A stretch of 35,878 nt of DNA from a virus: positions 1 through 35,878 of IMG/VR virus record IMGVR_UViG_3300006840_000056. One strand, 5' to 3'. Below are positions 8,308-17,834 of this stretch, piece after piece. Positions within the stretch are counted from its first letter, which is position 1; the number at the start of each line of letters is the position of its first letter. The translations under genes and the position numbers were made by a program. The notes under the pieces are model-generated. The model was given only the letters and a program-made list of their open reading frames with translations, made no database searches and was not told the origin of the DNA.

Positions 8308-8874
8308 TTAGCTGTAGGTTAATTCTATTCTGAACGCAAAAGCTGTCTTTTCACCAACCGAAGCCGGTGACGCTGATACACCTATGTAATAATCGTGTGA
8401 TGTACTTGCAGTGTCGTCGTTCAAAGTTAAAGCTTTACCACTACCTTCTATTTCTGTGAAGTTGGTGTCACCAACTTCAAATGCCCTTACATCTATGTCT
8501 GTAGGTGCGGTTGCTGGTGTAGTACCATCATACGCATAAAATTTAGCATTTGTAGTTGTTACTGCCGAAGTGTGCGAGAAGTTAATTTTTAGTGTAGCTT
8601 CTGCGTTTGTTATTGCGTCAATGTCTTCTGTACCGTCACCCCAGTCTGCTTGTGAGTCGCCACCGCCACCACCTGATTGTGAAATGAACTTCACGTTGTT
8701 AGGTGTATTGCCAGACGAATCGTTAGCACCCACACTACTTTCAACGTGTGTGCTGTCGTTATACGAACCTACCGTAATGGGGCTACCAAAAGTAGCACCT
8801 GCAAATTGTATTTTGTCGGTTGCGTCTATTGTTGTAGGGGTTGCACCCTGTAATGTCCAAGTAAATGTTGCCAT
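8308..8874 (-). CDS. Ser/Thr/Gly-rich hypothetical protein (possible virion decoration protein)
   Basis: 188 aa with a strong SD (GAAAGGCGGTG). Low-complexity T/S/G stretches (SQSGGGGGDSQ, TTPATAPT). Location in the head-proximal island. Confidence 0.55.
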   Translation of the reverse strand: MATFTWTLQGATPTTIDATDKIQFAGATFGSPITVGSYNDSTHVESSVGANDSSGNTPNNVKFISQSGGGGGDSQADWGDGTEDIDAITNAEATLKINFSHTSAVTTTNAKFYAYDGTTPATAPTDIDVRAFEVGDTNFTEIEGSGKALTLNDDTASTSHDYYIGVSASPASVGEKTAFAFRIELTYS

Positions 8875-8892
8875 ATATAATTACACCGCCTT

Positions 8893-9171
8893 TCAAAATA
8901 AATTAAATACTTTATCTTTCATTTTAGTTATTTCTTTTAATGCAATGTCTTTTTCCATATCTTTTTTAACTGCTTTTTGTAATTGGGCTACAAAGTCTTC
9001 CCATTTAATTACGCCCTGCTCGGTGGATATGCCAAAAGGTTTATACCATTTATTCTTACCAGATACTATTTCAACTGACACAACACCACGCTTGTTGGTA
9101 TCGTCCATTTTTATATCCACTATTTTGGCGGTTATCTTACTTAACTTTTGTTCAAATGATAGTTCTGCCAT
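8893..9171 (-). CDS. hypothetical protein
   Basis: 92-aa Lys/Glu-rich ORF with an ATG start. No motif recognised. Confidence 0.6.
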   Translation of the reverse strand: MAELSFEQKLSKITAKIVDIKMDDTNKRGVVSVEIVSGKNKWYKPFGISTEQGVIKWEDFVAQLQKAVKKDMEKDIALKEITKMKDKVFNLF

Positions 9172-9198
9172 ATATGTTAATTATACCACCTGTATATA

Positions 9199-12183
9199 TT
9201 AAAAACACCTCATAACTTCTTTTGGAATACTACCTGTATACTTTTCTACAGTACCACCCCCGTGTGTAGGTTGTGTCGGGTCGCCTGTTTTCCAGTCGGT
9301 CCAAGTATCTTTTACTGTAAGTCGTGTGTCCCTGTTTTTGTAGAACTCCAATTTGTCTTTAATGTCTTCAGCGTCTTTACAATACCCAAAATGGTGTAAC
9401 TTAATACTATTATCTAATACTCTGCCGTATTTGTCACCTATACGTGTACCACTTACAAGTGTTGGTTCACTTGCGTGTTGCTTGATTTCCAGCCCTTTTT
9501 CGGCAAACCTAAAACATCTAAATAGGTTACTTTCCCACTGACTACCTACGGCTATCATATCTAACGACTTCCAAAAATGTAAATGCTTAAAATAAATAAC
9601 ACCCGCATTGGGGTTTTCACGCATTTTCTTAACTAATTTACGCCAATAATAATCACCCCACACTTCGTCCCCGTCAACAAACAATCCCCAACCTACTTGG
9701 TCAGCTAAATCAATACATTTTTGTCGCAATGCTTCCTTACCACTAACCCACCCCATTTGCTCGTATATTATCTTATTTGGATATTCTTCCATTACCTTGC
9801 GTATTTCCTTTTCAGTATTATCAACACTTAAACCTCTTTCATTAGCACGTGGGTAACGCCTGTCAGCACCCTCAACCACAATTACCTTGTCTACTTCTTT
9901 ACGCTTACATACCGCACGTAATGACGCACCTATGAACTTTTCTTCGTTTAAGACAATAAACATAGGCGTTACTTTTAGTTTTTCGTCTTTTTTCCTGATA
10001 GGTTTAACTATGTTTAACAACTTGTCCTGCATAACCTCAAAATAATGGTCTGTTTTAGGTGTAAGTGGTTTGCTACCAATAGCAAGCCCTAACTTGTCCT
10101 GTAATTCCTGTTTGTCAAAACATTTTGCCTTATACATACCCCCATCATCGTAAATATCCTTTATAGCTGGTAAGTCGTAACACACTACTGGTATACCCAT
10201 TGCCCGTGCTTCCGTAACCCACATACCAAACCCCTCAAAATGTGAACCAGATAACACACATTTACTTTGTGCCATTAGTTTGAACTTTTCCACATCTGAC
10301 AGTTGAGTATGCACCACAACCTTGTCAAACGGTATACCCAATGCCTCTACTTTGTTTATTATGCCGTTATCTTCATTAGTTATTATGTGTAATGTGTGGT
10401 CACGGCTAAACGGCTTAAACGCCCACAATGCTTCTAAAAAGCCCTTTCTTGGGTTATTACGTGATATCATAACTATGTGGTTGCCTCTTGCACGTTTAGT
10501 ACGTTTATCAAACAACTCAACCAACCTACTATTTACTGCGGGGTGTAGTGCTACGATGTATTTCTTGTCTATACCATACCATTTAGCCCAATCGTCAATA
10601 CTGTTTTCTGTCAACACAATTAACTTAAAATCAATTAACTCGTGTAAATGCTTGTCTAAAAAGTCCTTTAACTCGTAGTCCCTTTGTAATTCGTCTTTGG
10701 TACAAACATCACTATTCTCTACCCAAGTAGGTGGGTCAAACATTGTGATATAAACGGGTTTTTTGTATTTAAGCCCCAACCGTAAAGCACACATACTTGC
10801 TTTCGCGGGACTGCCAAAATACGCATTGGCTTCTACATCTAAATCATAAAACGCCTCTGCACCTTTGTATTTTGATTTATTGTCGTGTCCTATTATTCTA
10901 ACTTCGGGCGTTTCGTATAAATCAAAGTCCTTTCTAAATATTGGCATTTCGTTCGTATAAATAACTGTCTTTAGGTTGGATTCGGTTAACATTAATGCCT
11001 GTAACCAACTGTGGTATCTACCGCCAGAATAGAAACGTATATCTTCTGTTAAAAAAGCCACATCAGGTTTATCGTCTGGTATTACCTTGCTGTTTACTTC
11101 CTTTAATACCTTTGCCAACTTTTTAGCCGAGTGTTCTGCTGTCCAATTCTCACTTACCCATTTAGCACCCGCCTTACCTTTTGCCCGTGCTTCGTCTTGG
11201 TGTTCGTATACATAACGCATTTGCTTTTTAAGTGATTCTAAATCGGGTTCAATCATTCTACCCACATCGCTGGGTGCATAGTTTGAGTATACTGCTGGGC
11301 AATCGCCGTTAATGTCTATTTCATAAAAATAATCGGGGTCAAAGTATTCCGACATACCGCTTCCATTAGGTATCAGTACGGGCAGTCCTGTTGCAAGTGC
11401 TTCTAAAGGTGTAAGCCCAAAACCCTCGCCCCTGCTTGGGAATACAAACGCATCTGCTTGGGATAACAGGTCACGCATTTGCTGGTAACTGTATTCGGCT
11501 TTTATTACATCTATGTTAGGGTACTGGTCTTTTAATAATGGGAACGGCGGTTTATTGTGTATGGTTTTGAATATCATCTTAACTGGCTCGTCAATACCGA
11601 ACTCTTGGGTAAACGCCTTAAAAACCAAATCAAAGCCCTTTCTTATATTAAAAGCATTGTAATGTAAAAAGGTAAACACGTCGTGCTTTGGGCGTTCAAT
11701 ATATCTGTATTCTTCGTGGTTATACCCCAAAGGTACTACTGTTGTTTCTATGCCACGTGTGGCAAACATTTCTTGGCAGAACTCACTTGGAACAATTACC
11801 TTATCGGCTCTTTTTAAGTGCCTAACCCAGCTTGTAGGTATGGTGGTGCTTTCAAACATTGAATATATTACTTTAATGGGTGTTTTTAGTCGGTCTGCAA
11901 ATACAGGCGTGTAATAACACATACCTATGTTTTGCCCGTCGTATTTTTTGCTAATATTAACACCGTGTTTTTTTAGGTGTTTCATTAAATATGCTTGACT
12001 TTGCCCGTACCCGTCAGGGCGGTCAGTAGAGGTTAACAAATATACTGGTAAACCAGCACTTGTATCTTGTTTATTAATTGTCTTGGGCTGTTCATCTAAT
12101 AAAGTAAAACCACGCCTTAAAAGCTGTTCAACCTTACTGCTTGAAACACCCACGATTTGCCCAGAAGGATTACGTAAAAACAT
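9199..12183 (-). CDS. three-domain glycosyltransferase (GT-B/GT4-like + GT-B/GT4-like + GT-A/GT2-like)
   Basis: Two E-x7-E type GT4 signatures are present: PSRGEGFGLTPLEALATGLPVL and SGSHFEGFGMWVTEARAMGIPVV. The C-terminal domain (VTPMFIVLNEEKFIGASLRAV...VVEGAD...FVDGDEVW) has a DxD motif typical of GT2. Confidence 0.8.
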   Translation of the reverse strand: MFLRNPSGQIVGVSSSKVEQLLRRGFTLLDEQPKTINKQDTSAGLPVYLLTSTDRPDGYGQSQAYLMKHLKKHGVNISKKYDGQNIGMCYYTPVFADRLKTPIKVIYSMFESTTIPTSWVRHLKRADKVIVPSEFCQEMFATRGIETTVVPLGYNHEEYRYIERPKHDVFTFLHYNAFNIRKGFDLVFKAFTQEFGIDEPVKMIFKTIHNKPPFPLLKDQYPNIDVIKAEYSYQQMRDLLSQADAFVFPSRGEGFGLTPLEALATGLPVLIPNGSGMSEYFDPDYFYEIDINGDCPAVYSNYAPSDVGRMIEPDLESLKKQMRYVYEHQDEARAKGKAGAKWVSENWTAEHSAKKLAKVLKEVNSKVIPDDKPDVAFLTEDIRFYSGGRYHSWLQALMLTESNLKTVIYTNEMPIFRKDFDLYETPEVRIIGHDNKSKYKGAEAFYDLDVEANAYFGSPAKASMCALRLGLKYKKPVYITMFDPPTWVENSDVCTKDELQRDYELKDFLDKHLHELIDFKLIVLTENSIDDWAKWYGIDKKYIVALHPAVNSRLVELFDKRTKRARGNHIVMISRNNPRKGFLEALWAFKPFSRDHTLHIITNEDNGIINKVEALGIPFDKVVVHTQLSDVEKFKLMAQSKCVLSGSHFEGFGMWVTEARAMGIPVVCYDLPAIKDIYDDGGMYKAKCFDKQELQDKLGLAIGSKPLTPKTDHYFEVMQDKLLNIVKPIRKKDEKLKVTPMFIVLNEEKFIGASLRAVCKRKEVDKVIVVEGADRRYPRANERGLSVDNTEKEIRKVMEEYPNKIIYEQMGWVSGKEALRQKCIDLADQVGWGLFVDGDEVWGDYYWRKLVKKMRENPNAGVIYFKHLHFWKSLDMIAVGSQWESNLFRCFRFAEKGLEIKQHASEPTLVSGTRIGDKYGRVLDNSIKLHHFGYCKDAEDIKDKLEFYKNRDTRLTVKDTWTDWKTGDPTQPTHGGGTVEKYTGSIPKEVMRCF

Positions 12184-12224
12184 ATTTTTATTTAATAAAT
12201 TATATCAGTTGGGTGAAATATACA

Positions 12225-12258
12225 CAATACACAAAATGCCCCACCGAAGTGAGGCATT
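12225..12258 (-). terminator. rho-independent terminator after the major capsid gene
   Basis: Minus strand AATGCCTCAC-TTCG-GTGGGGCATT (10-bp stem, UUCG loop) followed by TTTGTGTATT. Confidence 0.7.
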
Positions 12259-12282
12259 CTGCTTTATTCAGTTGTTAGTACC

Positions 12283-13224
12283 TTACGCATCTACTGCGGG
12301 TTGGTGTGCGATAGCAACCATCAATTCAGGTCTAATGGTCTTAACTCCGTAAAGGATATCAAGCGTACATTGTAAACCAAGTCCTGATTTATCGTATCCA
12401 ATAGTGCTTCTGATAGCCAAGCCACTCTCTGCGTCTTGAACAGTCATTTGGCTTACGCCATTTCCGTTACCCCAGTCAGGTAATGGTCTGACCGCCAGAA
12501 CAAGAGCATCGCTACCATAAACGATTGGGTAATAAGTGTCAGGTGACGTACTGTCATCAACACCTACAACTTGTGATTCAAACAAGTTAATACCCGCCAG
12601 TTTTTCAACTGAAGCGTCTAAAAGCGGTTTGTTATTTCCGAATTGTGACGCATCTTCAATACCAGTCTCGTTAAGGATTTCTTCAACCGCATACTCGTCA
12701 AGCTGTGCGAACATAGGTGCGAACTTTGGTAACTTGTTAGTTACTAGGGTTCGTCTAGCTCTTACCAACGCCTTTTTCCAACCAGTAAAGTCGGTATAGT
12801 CAAGCGTTGTACCAGCGTTTGCGTATTCATCGGCAATATCCTGTTCCACCTGTTCAGCGATAACTGCAACCGCATCTCTAATGTAAGCCTCTAACACTGC
12901 TGGGATAGACACTGCTTTCGCAACGTCCTCAATCATAAAGGTTACTTCCTTATGCTTGTTAAGTACCACCTGCACTACATCATCATCAGGTGCTTGTACT
13001 GTAACATTAGTTTTAGCTGTCTTATCGTTTACTTCAAGTGTTCCTCTTACTGGAATATCCAATGTAGTACCTCTGCTTGCGAAATCGCCAGAATAATCCT
13101 TTCTAACGGTTCTTGCAAGGTTTAGGTACTTTCTTAAATAATCAAGTCCCTCGTTTGCTGACCTAACCATTATTTCAGGTATATGATTAGCAAGTTCGGT
13201 TTGTCCTATTGCTGTATATGGCAT
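12283..13224 (-). CDS. major capsid protein
   Basis: 313 aa with a strong SD (GAAAGGTGGTGAAATAAAATATG). It lies directly after the scaffold gene and is followed by a strong terminator, which fits a highly expressed late gene. Confidence 0.8.
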   Translation of the reverse strand: MPYTAIGQTELANHIPEIMVRSANEGLDYLRKYLNLARTVRKDYSGDFASRGTTLDIPVRGTLEVNDKTAKTNVTVQAPDDDVVQVVLNKHKEVTFMIEDVAKAVSIPAVLEAYIRDAVAVIAEQVEQDIADEYANAGTTLDYTDFTGWKKALVRARRTLVTNKLPKFAPMFAQLDEYAVEEILNETGIEDASQFGNNKPLLDASVEKLAGINLFESQVVGVDDSTSPDTYYPIVYGSDALVLAVRPLPDWGNGNGVSQMTVQDAESGLAIRSTIGYDKSGLGLQCTLDILYGVKTIRPELMVAIAHQPAVDA

Positions 13225-13280
13225 ATTTTATTTCACCACCTTTCAACTTTGTGAGCCGTCAGGTGGTAAAACCACCCTAC

Positions 13281-13913
13281 CTACTCATTGTAATTAATAC
13301 GTCCTTCTTTTTTAGCTTTTTCAATTTCTTCCTTATGCTCGGTATACCATTTATTGTCTCTTGACTGTCTTTCTATCTCTGACCATTTCCAAAACTGTGC
13401 TTTGCTTCCTGTATCAGCTGTGGTTGGTGTACCGATGTTCTTTTTATCGGGTTCAGCGAGTAAGTATGGTTTAGCAGTTAGTAATTCAGATACTACGGTG
13501 TTGGCGTTTGCTATGTTGCCCTCTGCATCTACTTCAATAGTGTTAAGGTCAATCAAGCGTACAACGTCATCAAGGGCTTCCTTACGTACGCCCTGTGCAA
13601 CTGCTTGTGAAATAACAGCTTGTCTTTTCGTCTGATTAACGATTTGCTGTTTTAAGCTCTCGTTTTCAGCTTGGTACTTGTCAGCAAGTTCCTTAAACGC
13701 TTCTTTTTCTTTTAACTTTTCTTCTTCGGCTTTGGCTTGGTCGGCTTTTAGCTTTTCAAGTTCCTTTGCTTTTGCAGTTAAATCCTTAAAGCGTGGGTGC
13801 TTAAACGCAAGTTCCCATTGTTCGTCTGTTAATTCTACTTCTTCGCTTTTAGATTGACCCTTCGGTTGTTTAACGTCTTCCGTAGACGGGGTTTCTTCTT
13901 TTTTTTCTTCCAT
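13281..13913 (-). CDS. head scaffolding protein
   Basis: Lys/Glu-rich coiled-coil sequence (KAKELEKLKADQAKAEEEKLKEKEAFKELADKYQAENESLKQQ) between the gp7-like and capsid genes. Start taken at ATG 13913. The track's GTG 13934 is the SD itself (GTGAAAGGTGGTG). Confidence 0.75.
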   Translation of the reverse strand: MEEKKEETPSTEDVKQPKGQSKSEEVELTDEQWELAFKHPRFKDLTAKAKELEKLKADQAKAEEEKLKEKEAFKELADKYQAENESLKQQIVNQTKRQAVISQAVAQGVRKEALDDVVRLIDLNTIEVDAEGNIANANTVVSELLTAKPYLLAEPDKKNIGTPTTADTGSKAQFWKWSEIERQSRDNKWYTEHKEEIEKAKKEGRINYNE

Positions 13914-13978
13914 TTTCAAATCACCACCTTTCACTTGGTAACGGGGTTGTGTCCCCGTAAAGTAGTTTAATATATATA

Positions 13979-14815
13979 TTATATCCTTAATTGGTTAGAT
14001 AATGCAATACCCGTGTCAATTAACTCTGGGTGATAAGGTAATAACCTGTGTTTACAATTAGGGTGAAAAACTCCAGCCATTTCAGCTTCGCTTACTGTAG
14101 GGTATCCGTGCGTAGCACCAGTCATAGACAACACCTTGCCGTCCCACGGCTTACATAAATCGCAACCACCGCCGTGACTACTAACCTGTACTAAATCGTA
14201 CCCTTCCATTTTTAAACGGGTAGTTATACCCATATTAGTTACTTCACGCATACGAGTACGGGTTAACATTTCTGCATACACATCTAACTTCCACTCCCTA
14301 CCGCCCTTATCTACTATGGCTGTAAAATCCTTTGCTAAATCGTTTACTATTTTGTCTTTTAGCTCTTTTAATGTATCGCCTTGCAATTTACCCTCAATAA
14401 ATATAGCCTCTAAACGTGCCTTACGCACATCAGTCATTACTTTTTGCGTAGCAGTAAAAGTACCCCGTAACGCCTCACCATAATCATTTAAGGTATCACT
14501 TATTATGCTATTTAATTCAATTATTTGTTGTTCGGATAGTTTGCCTGTAGCTGTTAAACCAGCACTACGCATTGCATTGGTTACTTCTAATTGACTGCTG
14601 GTATAGTGCCAACGTATTTCTTTTTCTATTAGGGGATATGCTTTCTTTTCAGTACGCCTGATTAGTTCAGCCACACCTTCCATAGCGGTTGGTATATCTA
14701 TGTCACGGCGTGTCACAAAACTGGCTATTATCAGCTTCCTTATATTAGATGATAATTTACTAAATAAACCAGATATTTGTTTTGTAGCGTCTTCTATTGA
14801 TTTCCTTGATGCCAT
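13979..14815 (-). CDS. head morphogenesis protein (SPP1 gp7 / Mu F-like)
   Basis: The C-terminal ...GVFHPNCKHRLLPYHP matches the gp7-family HPNC+C signature. It lies immediately after the portal gene. Confidence 0.8.
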   Translation of the reverse strand: MASRKSIEDATKQISGLFSKLSSNIRKLIIASFVTRRDIDIPTAMEGVAELIRRTEKKAYPLIEKEIRWHYTSSQLEVTNAMRSAGLTATGKLSEQQIIELNSIISDTLNDYGEALRGTFTATQKVMTDVRKARLEAIFIEGKLQGDTLKELKDKIVNDLAKDFTAIVDKGGREWKLDVYAEMLTRTRMREVTNMGITTRLKMEGYDLVQVSSHGGGCDLCKPWDGKVLSMTGATHGYPTVSEAEMAGVFHPNCKHRLLPYHPELIDTGIALSNQLRI

Positions 14816-14817
14816 AT

Positions 14818-16254
14818 TTACTCCTCATCATCGTTAGGCTGTAGCTTATCAATGATAGATGTAAAATTGGCACGGCTTTTTTCTATTTCTTCAACTTCCC
14901 TCTCAGCTTCTGCGTCATCATATCCGTCTAATAACATAATGGCTGATTTCTTGCTTAGTATACCTGCGTCCACACGCTTAATTATTGTTTCTGTTTCTTC
15001 CACAACGTCATTTACAATGCCATCACCAAACACTATGTTAACCGGTTCTATTTCCTTACAGGTTATTTTCTTACCCATATAGGTAACCCCAACGCCCTTA
15101 TTATTAGCTGATAGTTTCTGTGCTATTTCAAATACTTCTTTTAACGCTTGTTCGTAATATCTTTTCTTTCGTTCCGCTTTGGCAATGGTTCTAATAAGTC
15201 GCATTTTTAATGCCCTACCGGATTGAATAGCACCATCCTTGCCCATACCTAATACGTCTGGGCTTACTTCTGATGACATAAACAGGAACTCCATCATCTT
15301 TTCTATCTCTTTGAAAGCATTATCAAGTGAGGCATTCCAAACAATATATTGTGGTACTTCACCATCATCACCTAACTCAATCATTTGCAGGGCTTCTTTT
15401 TTAACCCTGCCTTCTTCATCTAACACCCCGTCAGGCACGGCAAGTATTGGATCGCTGTGTTTGTCTAGTATGTTGGCTGTCTTGGTTAAACGATTATTTA
15501 ACTCAAACTGTAATGATTCAAAATCAATAAAATCAGACACACCCCAAAAGTCCTTACTACCCCTGTAACGCATATTGGGAACAAATACCAGCAGAGGTTT
15601 ATCAATATTGGTTTCAACTAATGGTTCGTAATTAGTACCGTACTGGGCATTGTATTCTTTAACATCTACTTCTTGGTCAATTATATTGTTATCACCCTTA
15701 ACTACGTATATCTTGGTTTCAACCTTACCTGCTGTGTGTATTTCTCTTACTAAAAACCTTGCTTCTTCTCCCTGTTCAGTTTGGTACAAATCAATCCACG
15801 CTAACTCTTGCACGTCTGGTGTCTTGCGTGGGTTTCTACCATTAACTTCCGGGAAATAAATAGCTGGGTCGGTGTCTTCAATTACTATTTCGTTATTTTC
15901 AACACGTATCTTAAATAAAGCATCACCTAAAGCCGAGTTGCTAATAGCAGACTCAAGCAACTGTGTGCTTAACTTATTATTGTAAACTAAACCGTCAACA
16001 AAGTCTTGGTTCTTGTCAGCATAAAAAGCAACATCTTCACCAAACAGCATATCAGCACTTACTTTGGCAACAAGTGCATTAAAATTAGCCACGATGTATC
16101 GTAGCTTATTATATCGTTCAGAAAAGGCACTTTCTCCTTCTATAGCAAATGCTTCAAAATGTTTACCCTCTAACAGTCTTTCGTTTACTTCGTAGGTATG
16201 TAACCTACCTGTTTCCGACTCATACGGAAATTGTTTTGCACCTTTGAATGGCAT
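14818..16254 (-). CDS. portal protein (SPP1 gp6-like)
   Basis: 478 aa directly downstream of terL, with an acidic C-terminus. Size and order fit a portal. Confidence 0.8.
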   Translation of the reverse strand: MPFKGAKQFPYESETGRLHTYEVNERLLEGKHFEAFAIEGESAFSERYNKLRYIVANFNALVAKVSADMLFGEDVAFYADKNQDFVDGLVYNNKLSTQLLESAISNSALGDALFKIRVENNEIVIEDTDPAIYFPEVNGRNPRKTPDVQELAWIDLYQTEQGEEARFLVREIHTAGKVETKIYVVKGDNNIIDQEVDVKEYNAQYGTNYEPLVETNIDKPLLVFVPNMRYRGSKDFWGVSDFIDFESLQFELNNRLTKTANILDKHSDPILAVPDGVLDEEGRVKKEALQMIELGDDGEVPQYIVWNASLDNAFKEIEKMMEFLFMSSEVSPDVLGMGKDGAIQSGRALKMRLIRTIAKAERKKRYYEQALKEVFEIAQKLSANNKGVGVTYMGKKITCKEIEPVNIVFGDGIVNDVVEETETIIKRVDAGILSKKSAIMLLDGYDDAEAEREVEEIEKSRANFTSIIDKLQPNDDEE

Positions 16255-16271
16255 ATATATTATTATAACAC

Positions 16272-17423
16272 CTAGAACGGTTTAGTAGTATATGCTTTTG
16301 CCTTTTTTGGCTTGTTCATATACGAGTGAACCGCATAGCGTAAACTATCTACAAAGTCGTCCCTTATTTTAACGGGTTCGTCAAGCACACGGTCGTCCTT
16401 TGTTTTCCAGCTATAAGACTTCAATTCTTTTAGGGCGTTGCTTGACGCTTTATCAACAAACAACCGCCTACTTTTTATAGTATCTATTCCTTTCTTAACG
16501 TCCTTGTCTGCGGGGTATATGTTGTAACCCGCCTTCTTTATTTCCTCAATACGTTGTGGCTCGGCACTATCTGCAAACATATATGTGTTTTTGTCTATTC
16601 CTATATCGTTCATTTTTTTAATAAGGTCTTGGTTGGTTATGTAGCTTTCGTAAATAACTTCCTGTGTATATACATCATCATCTTTTAACACAACCCTTGT
16701 CAATGCTGTAGGGTGATTCCAGCCAAAGTCCAAACCATAAACCATTTCACCCTCTGGTAAACTATCAATTAGTTCCCACATTGTGTATATTCTCACACTA
16801 CTTACACCACGTTGTCCAAGCCCGTAAATATTCCAATAGTTAGGATCAAGTTCCTTAAAATGTTCTATTTCCTTTACTATTTCCTTTGGTAAAAAGGGAT
16901 TGTCCTTATAGGTACTTACTATTAAACGTGCGTCTTTCCTTGTTAGTACGTCATCGTAAATCCAATGAAACTCATCACTTGGGTTAAAGTCCATAAATAT
17001 CTGCGTGTTGGTACGCATATTCAACTGTCTAAACGATTCCTGCGACAATTCGTTAGCTTCGTTTATCCACAGGTAATCCCTACGCCTACTACGTACTTTC
17101 TGCGGTTCGTCTAACCCGAAAAACTCTATCTCGTTGCCGTGTAATGTGTAAATGTTTTCTGTTTTATTGTGGTTTTCTTCGTTGTACACACCCAAGCCCT
17201 GCAATATGTTAAAAAAGTCCCTCATAGCAGTAGCACGTAACGTGGGCATTGACTTACGCACTATACTAAACACCTTACCCTGTGTTTGCTGTGCTTTTAC
17301 TATGAACAGTTGTGCTAACGAATAAGATTTGGAACTACCTGTACCACCTTGGTTTACTACAAACCTTTCGGTAGCTTTGTAGTTTTCGTTAAATACTCTC
17401 GTTGCTTTCAGAGTTAGTTCCAT
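16272..17423 (-). CDS. terL: terminase large subunit (PBSX/Terminase_3-like)
   Basis: Walker A-like VVNQGGTGSSKSYS. The Walker B region is ...DYLWINEANEL. The C-terminal nuclease region is DFGWNHPTA...FADSAEPQ. Confidence 0.9.
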   Translation of the reverse strand: MELTLKATRVFNENYKATERFVVNQGGTGSSKSYSLAQLFIVKAQQTQGKVFSIVRKSMPTLRATAMRDFFNILQGLGVYNEENHNKTENIYTLHGNEIEFFGLDEPQKVRSRRRDYLWINEANELSQESFRQLNMRTNTQIFMDFNPSDEFHWIYDDVLTRKDARLIVSTYKDNPFLPKEIVKEIEHFKELDPNYWNIYGLGQRGVSSVRIYTMWELIDSLPEGEMVYGLDFGWNHPTALTRVVLKDDDVYTQEVIYESYITNQDLIKKMNDIGIDKNTYMFADSAEPQRIEEIKKAGYNIYPADKDVKKGIDTIKSRRLFVDKASSNALKELKSYSWKTKDDRVLDEPVKIRDDFVDSLRYAVHSYMNKPKKAKAYTTKPF

Positions 17424-17817
17424 CTACTATTTCTACCTTTATACCTGTAATTAAATCACCCTCGTGCTTCATTGTTTGTAGTGCCCTACCCTCTGTTCTA
17501 TCTGCTAAATCCTTATACTCACCTAAATCCTTTCTACTTGCCTTTACTCTTTCGTAAGCAATTATTTCGGCAACATACATATCGTCTTCATTTCTTGAAA
17601 GGGCATATTCTTTGAACTCTTTTGATGTTAGGTTCTTAAAGAACTGCAACCAATAACCAAACCTCTGTTCGTTCTTTGGTCTGCCTGTTCTGTTTATATC
17701 TTCTGGTCGTTCCTGCAACCCACCTTTGCCCGTAGGATTAAGCACAGCACCTTGTTTTAACGTGCCGTCAGGATTCCTCAAACTATCTTGATTTGAAGTT
17801 AGATTATCTTGTTCCAT
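17389..17817 (-). CDS. terS: terminase small subunit
   Basis: NPTGKGG...RTGRPKN motif typical of small terminases. It overlaps the terL start. Start taken at ATG 17817 (the track uses TTG 17823). Confidence 0.7.
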   Translation of the reverse strand: MEQDNLTSNQDSLRNPDGTLKQGAVLNPTGKGGLQERPEDINRTGRPKNEQRFGYWLQFFKNLTSKEFKEYALSRNEDDMYVAEIIAYERVKASRKDLGEYKDLADRTEGRALQTMKHEGDLITGIKVEIVDGTNSESNESI

Positions 17818-17834
17818 ATACAAATTATATCACT

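Noticed and set aside
8570-9202. 210-aa plus-strand ORF, and the other plus-strand ORFs throughout the window (for example 2042..2422, 4875..5282, 10322..10678, 15239..15568, 28679..29077, 31670..32080, 33060..33413)
   Set aside because: All are antisense to well-supported minus-strand genes and lack SD motifs. Several simply mirror coding repeats (for example the CVCVC runs opposite the His-Thr arrays).
13914-13934. Upstream TTG/GTG extensions used by the ORF track at several genes (13934, 21709, 22722, 3871, 17823, 18260, 32595, 29849, 26649)
   Set aside because: In these cases the alternative start codon is part of the SD itself (TTGAAAGG / GTGAAAGGTGG) or lacks SD spacing. An ATG with proper spacing or a stop-start overlap follows a few codons downstream.
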